From NCBI RefSeq assembly GCF_963506605.1, contig NC_083277.1:5766001-5830000 (forward strand): a stretch of 64,000 bases of DNA, written 5' to 3'. This stretch comes from Zootoca vivipara. Its lineage: Eukaryota. How positions within the stretch are numbered: the stretch's first letter is position 1; the number at the start of each line of letters is the position of its first letter. The position numbers and the translations under genes are program-made. A model generated the notes under the pieces. That model ran no database searches and was not told the origin of the DNA. It was given only the letters and a program-made list of their open reading frames with translations. Below, one piece after another: positions 54,054 through 64,000 of this stretch.

Positions 54054-55286
54054 TTATTTTTTTTTATTAATTTTTTTTATTAATTTTCCAATTAAAACCA
54101 ATTATATCACATTCAATATTTCAAATTATACACATATATATATCAATCAAACCGAATGTTATGCCAAATCATCTAAAGAATTTTTTATTTGGGTTCCCAT
54201 GCTTCAAGAAATTGGGAATTCCTCGCAACTGTCCACTGCCGTCTTTTTTCTAAAGTTCAAATCGTCCTCCAAGTTCATAATAATCCAGATCTTCCCCTTA
54301 CAGTCACATAGATGTATTCCACTTTCATCCGATTGTTTCCCAGCTGCTGAGATAAATATCAAACAAAGTTTCACAGATGTTCTTTCTCCTGTGTGAGTTA
54401 ATCAGTCCAGCCTCCCCATAAATCTTCTTAATGGAGCTCCCTGTTGCGTCGAAGCAGCTCGAAGTAGCGCCATCTTGAAAAACTCAAATCACTTTCGTTT
54501 TCTCTCATAGCCATGAAGATTTACGATCATTATAGAATTTACAGCTTTTTCAGGCAGGAGACCCAAACATCAAACCATTAACTCTTGGTAAATTAATGGA
54601 TCTCCTTGCCCTATAGCTGAACTTAGCTTCAGGTCGCTGCTCCAATTTAAAGTGCGTCACAGCTCATAAATCCTCCGAACGCGTCCAGAACTTCTTCCGT
54701 CCGACTAGGGGGGGGCTTTTCTCATCGGCAACTCCACATCTTTAAAAAATATGCTCAGTAACAACAATTATAAAGTTCAACTCACACAGTCTTTTGCTTC
54801 TCTTTCACTCCAAACAAGCCAGGACATCGCGTCCGGGAAGGTACGAGGCAACAATATGAAGAAAAAAAAATAAAAACTCACTTCCCTTATCGCTCCGTCC
54901 CCATCAATCCTTCTTCCAGATGCAGTACAGTCTTTTGACTCCTCTCCCTCAGCAGCATAAATTTCTCAGCAGTAAACAGCGCTTCTTCCCCTCCTTCTGA
55001 AGTATGTCCATAGATTTAAGCCTAATTATCTTCTTTAACCATGGAAATCCCCGCCATGCAGATTAGCGTCCGGGAGTCCTGGCCCTCGTAAGTGCTCAGC
55101 CCAAGCTCCCCCCACTCCAAAAACAGTCGGAGTGGGTCTGGGGGCATCGCGGGCCAGCGGCCCCTCTCCGTAACCCCCGGAGAGGGTAGGGGGTTGCCAT
55201 TTACTCCCCTAGCAACCGCCAAATTCCTTACGAAGGTCAGAGAGATGGAAAACAGGTCCGCCATTCCTGCAGGCGGAAACCGGAAC
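54054..55286 (-). mobile_element. Non-coding poly(A) retroposon (non-autonomous L1 derivative?)
   Basis: 23-bp TSD CTGAGGGTGTGTGTGCACAAATT, AATAAA and A-tail, CpG-rich 5' end. Confidence 0.85.
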
Positions 55287-55501
55287 CTGAGGGTGTGTGT
55301 GCACAAATTGGGGGAGTGCCTCCTGACTGAGATAAAACCATGTACGGTAAATGATGATGTGAACTTTAGGCCATAAAAGCTTATGCCTCAATAAATTGGT
55401 TTCAGTCTTTCAGGTGCCAGAAAAGTCTTGCCCCACACGGCTACCCTAATTTTTTGAAACTAACAAATGCACATTAATACAGACATTTATACCAGATACA
55501 G

Positions 55502-57351
55502 CTAACCATCTTCACTGATCCACTGATACGAGGTAAGGCTGCCGCTTGCACAGAAGCTTTTCTCACATTCCACATGCTCACGTCGCTTTGCCCCTGTGTG
55601 GGTTCTCTGATGTGTATTGAGATTCCCTCGACGGCTGAACCTTTTCCCACATTCCGAGCATTTGAAAGGTTTCTCCCCTGTGTGGGTCGTCTGATGCCTG
55701 TGAAGGCTTCCGCCCGTGCTGAAGCTCTTCCCGCACTCCGTACATTTGTAGGGCTTCTCGCCTGTGTGCGTTCTTTCATGTTTAGTAAGGTGTGTCCTCT
55801 GACCGAAATTCTTCCCACACTCAGCACATTTAAAGGGCTTCTCCCCTGTGTGAGTCGTTTGGTGCCTGCTAAGGCTTCCGCTCGTGCTGAAGGTCTTCCC
55901 GCACTCCGTGCATTTATAGGGCTTCTCTCCCGTGTGAGTTCTTTGATGTAAAGTAAGCTGCTGGCTCTCGATGAAGCTCTTTCCACACTCCATACACTTA
56001 TAGGGCTTCTCTCCCGTGTGGGTTCTCTGATGGGAAAGAAGGCTCCCACTACGACTGAAGCTTTTCCCACACGCCATGCATTTATAAGGTTTCGCCCCGG
56101 TGTGAGTTTTCTGATGTGACGTGAGATTATAGCTTTGGCGGAAGCTTTTCCCGCACTCCAGGCACTTATATGGCTTTCCCCCCGTGTGACTTATTTCATG
56201 CGCGGTCAGACTTTTGCCATCACTGAAGCTTTTCCCACACACAATGCACTCGTATGGTTTCTCCCCTGGGTGGATTCTTGGTGGAGAATTAAGGCTTCCG
56301 CCACTGAAGAACCTCTTTCTACACGCCATACATTTATAAGGTTTCTCCTCTGTGTGGGTTTCGGGATGTGCGTTAAAGGGGCTGCCGGAAGCAAAACTTT
56401 TCCCGCAGTCCATACATACGTACATTTTCTCCCTTGTGTGGATTCTCTGATGTGCATGAAGGCTTCCGCTATGGATGAAGTTCTTTCCACATTCCAGGCA
56501 CTTATACGGTTTTTCGCCCGTGTGAGTCCTCCTATGTGTATGAAGACTTCCGCTGTTGCTGAAGCTCTTTCCACAGTCCGTACACTTGTATGGTTTCTCC
56601 CCTGTGTGAATTCTTTCATGGGTAGTAAGGCTTCCGCTGTCGCTGAAGGCTTTTCCGCACCGCGTGCATTTATAGGGTTTCTCCCCAGTGTGAGTTCTCT
56701 GATGAACGGTAAGATGGTGACTGTGACCAAAGCTCTTTCCACATTCCAGGCACTCGTAGGGTTTCTCCCCTGTGTGGGTTCTACAATGCCTGTTCAAGTT
56801 TGATTTATCTTTGAATGTTTTCCCACACTCCGGGCATTTTTCTTTTCTATTTCCTTTCTGATCTTCCTGTGGGATTAGGAGTTTGTGGACACTGGCACCC
56901 GGAGAAGTAGAGAACGTCTTCCTCCCTGCCTTCGGCTGGTTTCCCTTGTGCTTTTTCCATCCCTTTTGAAAGCCAAGCAGCTCCTTTCCCACTGCATGCT
57001 GGGCCGTTTCTGATGACACCTCAGATGGCTCTGCAGAATTCTCATTGTCCTTCTGACTGTCGCCTGCTCACAGAAAAGAAAAACTTCATGTTAGGAGTTC
57101 AAGGCAGAAATCTCATCAGGGAACTGAGTCAAATTAGCCATTTCTCTAATGACAACATCTCCAAAATTATCCCCATTCTTCTCTGTCCGCACTGCTAAAA
57201 TCTAGCTTACAGCAGGCACTCAGCTGTATTCCTCTCAGCTCTAAAGATTGCTGACTGCAATATTTTGCATGATTATTTCCAAAAGCTTTATTCCAAAGTT
57301 CATTACAATGCCCAAGCCTTGGTGCTTACCAGGTGCACTATTTGAAAGTAA

Positions 57352-57403
<52 letters not shown>

Positions 57404-58370
57404 GAATAAAACCAATTTGTTGGTAAAAATATTTCATAGAATCATAGAATTATAGTTGGAAGGGACCCGAGGGTCATCTAGCTCAACCCTCTACAATGCA
57501 TTAATACTGTTCATAGCCATCACTCCCAGGGCTCGAACCACCAACCTTCTGGTTAACAGCACTGACTATGTTCCATGCTGGGATCCCTAAATTGTGGTGG
57601 CAAATACTCAGAACAGGCGTTTCCCCTCTCCAACATCAATCAGCCAAAGAGATCTTTACCCAAAGAGTCCAGATTCCCACAACTCTCCATCGTGGCTTCC
57701 ATCTACAAAGCTCTGTGGTCTGGATCCGGGAGATTTTACTCCCCCTTGGCGAAATACGCAGTCACCTTCTTCTCCGTTGAAAGAAAGGAGGGTTCTTCAT
57801 TTGAAGGTAATTTCCCCCACATGCACAACTGCTCCCTGTTTGAAAGGGGGGGAACAATGAATAAGCCAGACCGACACATAAGCCAAGCAGGAGAAAGCTG
57901 CTGTGAAAGTCATTTATTTTATTTTATTTTATTTTAAGTCTACCAATGGTGTGGAGGCTTATGAAACATGCAGCAATTGGATTCTTACAACCGGATTCAA
58001 CTAAATAGTTGTGCTGGCAAGAGCCAGTGCAATGAGTCCTATTACTGCAAAAGTGCTATAATTTTGTTCCAGCATGGAACAAAATGTATAAATATAAATT
58101 TTCTGTTTTACAATTTACAATACTCATTTAAACAACCTTAAAATATCCTTGACTTCCCGTCTTCTCTTTCCATGGTTCGTTTTGCATATCATAAATCCCT
58201 GTATACTATAGGTAAATTAAACCTTTCAGACTTTTAGAGGACATCTGAAGGCAGCCCTGTTTAGGGAAGCTTTTAATCTTTAAGAAATTAGTGTATTCTA
58301 ATATTTCTGTTGGAAGTTGCCTAGAGTGAATGGGGAAACCCAGCCAGATGGGTGCGGTATAAATATATTA

Positions 58371-58428
<58 letters not shown>

Positions 58429-61400
58429 AACCATTCAGTATTCCATTATTACTGTTGAATTTATCTTGATGCTGCCAATGTTTTCAAGTGTACACAATCC
58501 CCCCCATATATTCAACAATCATTTCCAGTCTTCTCAGTGCAACAGTGCTTTCCCCCTCCTCCCACCTCAGTGCCCCCCAAAATCAGATGGGGGGGGGGAG
58601 CAGGAGAACCACTGCCTGCATCACTGTGCATGGGGGGGAGGAGGAAAGAGAGGGTTGTTTCTTTTTCAACTGTTTGTGTTTGTTACTCTGCTATGCATTT
58701 GTCTTCTCATATTGCAAACCACCCTATATGGCTGGGGGACGTGTCGCTACATCCAAAATCAGTTTGAAGTCCCCAGCGCGGTGATGGCTCCATAATATTC
58801 GACATGGTGATATGTCGTGAATCACGATGCGTGTGCACTCTAGTTTTTTAAAATCATGATGCGGCAAAAACCATGAAGCTGGTCATCACTTCTCTCATGA
58901 TTCCTGCTGCCCCTGTTGCTCTGTACAGTCAAACCTTGGTTCCCAAACGGCTTAGTTGCCAAACAAATCGGCTCCCAAACACCGCAAACCAGGAAGTAAG
59001 TGTTCTGGTTTGCGGACATTTTTCGGAAGCCGAACGTCCAACGCAGCTTCCGATTGAGTGCAGGAAGCTCCTGCATCCAATGGGAAGCCGTGCCTTGGTT
59101 TTTGAATGGTTTTGGAAGTCGAACGGACTCCCGGAACGAATTAAGTTCGAGAACCAAGGTACCACTGAAAATGGACCAGTTTTAGATCCCTAAGTAGCAG
59201 CAGTTGCCAGGACATTACCCTGTTCACCATCCTTATTTCAGACATTGTGATATATCGGCATATCGCAATGTTTAGCTGGTGATATATCACGAGGTTGAAA
59301 ACCAGACATTGCTCAGCCCTACCGCCCTGTGATCCTTAGAGGAAGGGTGGTTTATAAATTTAATCAATAATAGAAATAGTAGTAGCAGTAGTAGTAATAA
59401 TAATAATAATAATAATAATTCCATCAGCTAAGCAGAAAAACTTGCACTATTTGAATCGCATTCTGTGATGGGCTCTTGTATCTCCTGAGCCATCAAGCAA
59501 GTTTGGCAGCTCGGAGGGATCTGAAATGGACAAGCCTGTGCTGGGCTTCCTGGGAAATGATATACAGTATAATGAAATTAAAAGGATGTTTAAAATAACG
59601 TTTGTAAAAAAAAAAAACCCTAGAAGCTTTTCTTTTGGAAATTATAGGGACAGAACTATTCAAACTGTACACAAATTTATTCATGTATGCGACTATAGCA
59701 GCAAGAATGTTACTTGCCCCAAAATGGAAAGAGGCAGAAGTCCCATCAAAGGAAGAATGGATACAAAAACTTATGGAATATGCAGAAATGGCAAAACTTA
59801 CTGGAAGAATAAGAAATCAAGATCACAAACTTTTTATAAAAGAATGAAAATGGTCTATTGAATATTTACAACTAAAGTGTAAACAGATAAGAACATTGGC
59901 AGGATTATTGTAATAACCTGCAGTTTCATAAGAGTATATATTTAAAGATGAATAAATGAGCAAATTAAGTTAATTTGGATATGCAGAAGATATTAAAAAT
60001 AAATTTAAGGAACCGCAGAAAGAAGGGGAAGGAAGTCAAGCTTTGAAATGTCAAAATGATTGTAAAATCAGTGAAATGTATAAACCTGAAAAGTATTTAA
60101 AAACATATATGAAATGGACAAGGCTGATTCTGCAGATGGGAAAGGGGAAGTGATAACATCTTGCGGTGCCAAACGTGAACAGAAAGAGGAATATTGTCAG
60201 TTCCTGAACCCCTCTCTGCAAACACACACATCGAGCCCCTCCATCTCTTCCCACGAGTCCCTTCCCTTACCTGAGGCATCTGCCGGATTTTGCGCTCCAG
60301 CCCAAAGAAGAGACGATCCAGGTGGGTCCTCCAATGGCATCGCAGTGGCTGTGGGGGAGACGGAGGAAGCATGAATCCTATGCCAGTTTCCCTGCCAGGT
60401 GTGGCTGGACTACAGCTCCCACTGCCTTTTACCATTTGTGATGATGGCTGGGGCTGATGGGAGCTGAAGTCCAACCACAATTTGGAGAGCACCAGTTTGG
60501 CAAAGGCAAGGGAGCACTCCCAGATGCAAGGAAAAGCAAGCCACAGGCATAAGCTAAGCCGGTTTTCTCCTGCTCCGGAAAGTAGGATCTGTACCAATGG
60601 ATTTAAGTTACACAAAAGAAGATTCCGATTCGACATCAGGAAGAACTTTTCTGACAGTAAGAGAGACCTGTTCGGCAGCAGAACAGTCTCCCTCAGAAGG
60701 TGGTGGACTCTCCTTCTTGGAGACTTTTAAGCAGAGGTCCATAGAATGGTAGAATTGGAAGGGACCCTGAGGGTCATCTAGTCCAACCCCCTTCACCCAA
60801 TGTGGGGCTCGAATGCACAACCCTGAGATTAAGAGTCCCATGCTCTACTGACTGAGCTATCCCAGCTCATTTGTCATGGATGCTTCAGCTGAGATGCCTG
60901 CACTGCAGGGGGTTGGACTAGATGACCCTGGGGTTGCCTTCCAACTCTACCATTCTACGATTCCAGGTGCAAAGTGCACCAGATCCGAAAAGCAAGTATT
61001 TCAACAAGTCTTCCGGCAGGGATACTTGCTTCACAAAGGGGTTGGACTAGATGCCCCTCGGGGGTACCTTCCAACTCTACAATGGCATGATTCTGCAGTC
61101 CTCCCAGCAATGCCATTTCTCCTGTCCCGGGGTTAGTGTGGAGAGATATCTGAATGAGAAGGGAGGGCAGGAAGACAATGCAATGCAAAGCGGGAGGGAG
61201 GGAAGGAGGGGGGCTTGGAGGGCAGACGCCCTTTGCAGCTGGAGGAGCTCGGAGTGGTTTTTTTTTGGGGGGGGGGTCTTTTTCACCTCCCTCTCCCCCC
61301 CCACCTCGCAAGCAGGGCTGATTCCCAGGCACCCTCTTCTTCCCCACCCACAATTTCCCCATGCGAATGAATGGTGGGATGGGCGGGGAGGGGAGGGGGC

Positions 61401-61764
61401 GTGTTGCTTCAAGGGGATCGTGCAATGGAAACTTGGCAGATATTTGGATCCCTGAAATATACAGTACATAACAATCCCCTTTTGTATTGCATAGATCACG
61501 ACCCCCTCCCGCCACCTACGCGTCTAAGAGAGGAGTTAGACTTCCCCTTTCTCTCCAAAAAGGGAAAATTCTCCCTCTCCCACCTGCTGCCCTTCCCAAT
61601 CCATCCCTCCAGTGTCGCCCCCTCCTCTCAATTTATTCATTTTTGGGGGGTCTTGTCATTTTCTGCACAAACACACCCACCCCTCCTTCCCTCCCTCCCT
61701 CCTGCTGAATCTCACCTGGCCTGCCTTCCTTTCGCTGGGATGCGGAGGGAGGCGAAGGCACCAT
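55502..61764 (-). CDS. G6: C2H2 zinc-finger protein, proposed complement(join(55502..57063,60271..60348,61716..61764)), ~562 aa, ~16 finger units (2-3 degenerate), KRAB skipped
   Basis: Intact finger ORF with acceptor ttttctgtgagcag at 57064-57066 (phase 1). Exon 60348-60271 (ctcccccacag|...CAG|gtaagg) and donor CAG|gtgaga at 61716. The phases sum to 1689 nt without stops. The finger exon is high confidence; the upstream exons are moderate. Confidence 0.75.
57352..57402. repeat. (AAT)n microsatellite (also (ATT)n 58372-58425)
   Basis: Direct trinucleotide repeats. Confidence 0.95.
57435..57565 (-). mobile_element. tRNA-Asn-like head + CR1-tail SINE fragment
   Basis: CTGTTAACCAGAAGGTTGGTGGTTCGAGCCC followed by a CR1-type tail. 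Confidence 0.5.
57660..57778 (-). pseudogene. Dead KRAB-A exon in the last intron of G6
   Basis: Translates [36 protein letters not shown]|gtaaag. Stops at 57736-57738 (W of EEW) and 57703-57705 (Y of ALY). No AG after the pyrimidine tract (tttcaacgg). Confidence 0.85.
58926..59167. mobile_element. Tigger/mariner-type MITE
   Basis: TA-cagt..accttggttc / gaaccaaggtaccactg termini. Confidence 0.7.
59535..60109 (+). mobile_element. 5'-truncated L1 in a G6 intron
   Basis: [42 protein letters not shown]; TSD TGAAATGGACAAG. Confidence 0.85.
60540..61095. mobile_element. Cluster of CR1 3' fragments including a tRNA-Lys(CTT)-headed CR1-tailed SINE (60740-60866, -)
   Basis: [18 protein letters not shown]; GCTGGGATAGCTCAGTCAGTAGAGCATGGGACTCTTAATCTCAGGG head. 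Confidence 0.75.
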
Positions 61765-62008
61765 TGTCTGGCAATTCCACCCTCTCTCCCACACATGGGG
61801 GAAACTTCCTGCCTCTCTAGGAACCACAGCTCAGTTCCTATGTTCTTTGGAGGACCGAGTTGGCAGGAGCTGCCCCCCCCCCAAAGAAATCACAGCTGCT
61901 TGAATTATTCTTTCTCTGTGTGTCTCTCTTACACACGGAGAGCAGACCCTCCAAGTGTCCCTATTTTCCAGGGACAGTCCCAGATTTTCAGGTTTCTGAT
62001 TTCTTTCC

Positions 62009-64000
62009 TTGTTGTTGTTGTTGTTTAGTCGTTTAGTCGTGTCCGACTCTTCGTGACCCCATGGACCATAGCACGCCAGGCACTCCTGTCTTGCACTGCC
62101 TCCCGCAGTTTGGTCAAACTCATGTTCGTAGCTTCGAGAACACTGTCCAACCATCTTGTCCTCTGTCGTCCCCTTCTCCTAGTGCCCTCAATCTTTCCCA
62201 ACATCAGGGTCTTTTCCAAGGATTCTTCTCTTCTTATGAGGTGGCCAAAGTATTGGAGCCTCAGCTTCACGATCTGTCCTTCCAGGGAGCACTCAGGGCT
62301 GATTTCCTTAAGAATGGATAGGTTTGATCTTCTTGTAGTCCATGGGACTCTCAAGAGTCTCCTCCAGCACCATAATTCAAAAGCATCAATTCTTCGGCGA
62401 TCAGCCTTCTTTATGGTCCAACTCTCACTTCCATACATCACTACTGGGAAAACCATAGCTTTAACTATACGGACCTTTGTCGGCAAGGTGATGTCTCTGC
62501 TTTTTAAGATGCTGTCTAGGTTTGTCATTGCTTTTCTCCCAAGAAGCAGGCGTCTTTTAATTTCGTGACTGCTGTCACCATCTGCAGTGATCAAGGAGCC
62601 CAAGAAAGTAAAATCTCTCACTGCCTCCATTTCTTCCCCTTCTATTTGCCAGGAGGTGATGGGACCAGTGGCCATGATCTTGGTTTTTTTGATGTTGAGC
62701 TTCAGACCATATTTTGCGCTCTCCTCTTTCACCCTCATTAAAAGGTTCTTTAATTCCTCCTCGCTTTCTGCCATCAAGGTTGTGTCATCTGCATATCTGA
62801 GGTTGTTGATATTTCTTCCGGCAATCTTAATTCCGGCTTGGGATTCATCTAGTCCAGCCTTTCGCATGATGAATTCTGCATATAAGTTAAATAAGCAGGG
62901 AGACAATATACAACCTTGTCGTACTCCTTTCCCAATTTTGAACCACTCAGTTGTTCCATATCCAGTTCTAACTGTAGCTTCTTGTCCCACATAGAGATTT
63001 CTCAGGAGACAGATGAGGTGATCAGGCACTCCCATTTCTTTAAGAACTTGCCATAGTTTGCTGTGGTCGACACAGTCAAAGGCTTTTGCATAGTCGATGA
63101 AGCAGAAGTAGACGTTTTTCTGGAACTCTCTAGCTTTCTCCATAATCCAGCGCATGTTTGCTATTTGGTCTCTGGTTCCTCTGCCCTTTCGAAATCCAGC
63201 TTGCACTTCTGGGAGTTCTCGGTCCACATACTGCCTAAGCCTGCCTTGTAGAATTTTAAGCATAACCTTGCTAGCGTGTGAAATGAGCGCAATTGTGCGG
63301 TAGTTGGAGCATTCTTTGGCACTGCCCTTCTTTGGAATTGGGATGTAGACTGATCTTCTCCAATCCTCTGGCCATTGCTGAGTTTTCCAAACTTGCTGGC
63401 ATATTGGGTGTAGCACCTTAACAGCATCGTCTTTTAAAATTTTAAACAGTTCAGCTGGAATATCATCACTTCCACTGGCCTTGTTATTAGCAATGCTTTC
63501 TAAGGCCCATTTGACTTCACTCTCCAAGATGTCTGGCTCAAGGTCAGCAACCACACTACCTGAGGTGTACGAGACCTCCATATCTTTCTGGTATAATTCC
63601 TCTGTGTATTCTTGCCACCTCTTCTTGATGTCTTCTGCTTCTGTTAGGTCCTTACCAGTTTTGTCCTTGATTATGGTAATCTTTGTACGAAATGTTCCTT
63701 TCATATCTCCAATTTTCTTGAACAGATCTCTGGTTTTCCCCATTCTATCGTTTTCCTCTATTTCTTTGCATTGCTCATTTAAGAAGACCCTCTTGTCTCT
63801 CCTTGCTGTTTTTTGGAAATCTGCATTCAGTTTCCTGTATCTTTCTCTATCTCCCTTGCATTTTGCTTGCCTCCTCTCCTCCGCTATTTGTAAGGCCTCG
63901 TTGGACAGCCATTTTGCTTTCTTGCATTTCCTTTTCCTTGGGATAGTTTTCATTGCTGCCTCCTGTATAATGTTACGAGCCTCCATCCATAGTTCTTCAG
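62009..64000 (-). mobile_element. RTE-BovB LINE with uninterrupted ORF (RT domain), continues beyond the window
   Basis: 653-aa ORF with QAGFRKGRGTRD, FIDYAKAFD, GVRQGCILSP and YADD; (CAA)n tail. Confidence 0.97.

Noticed and set aside
59438-59553. Possible extra G6 exon / KRAB-B-like GLSISDP peptide
   Set aside because: One acceptor is L1-derived, no convincing donor, in-frame stop, and wrong order relative to KRAB-A
60794-60866. Functional tRNA-Lys gene
   Set aside because: Mismatched stems and altered B-box; fused to a CR1 tail, so a SINE head

Overview
Eukaryotic DNA, most likely from a lacertid lizard (Sauria SINEs, BovB, CR1, L2, L1 and hAT MITEs; CMECGKSF-type fingers). It holds a cluster of six C2H2 zinc-finger genes. 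G1 (1770-5317, +) and G2 (11222-15114, +) are paralogous KRAB-A-ZNF genes with canonical 127-nt KRAB exons. G3, G4 and G5 (+) are long homogenised finger arrays (24/30/30 fingers) with no detectable KRAB, lying in three ~10-12 kb tandem duplication units (A 19011-31250, B 31251-41352, C 41353-51174). G4 is a recombinant mosaic of G5 and G3. G6 (-) has an intact finger exon but a pseudogenised KRAB-A exon in its intron, which the remaining exons can bypass in frame. All six genes share a 25-bp sense-oriented 5' motif. Many TE insertions have TSDs and paralogous empty sites, including a twin-primed BovB in a palindromic target, an intact BovB ORF, a promoter-like hAT MITE, a cargo-carrying hAT, a non-coding L1-mobilised element and Penelope hammerhead remnants. 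Exon models come from splice signals and phase only, and TE family names come from recalled consensus features, not database searches.
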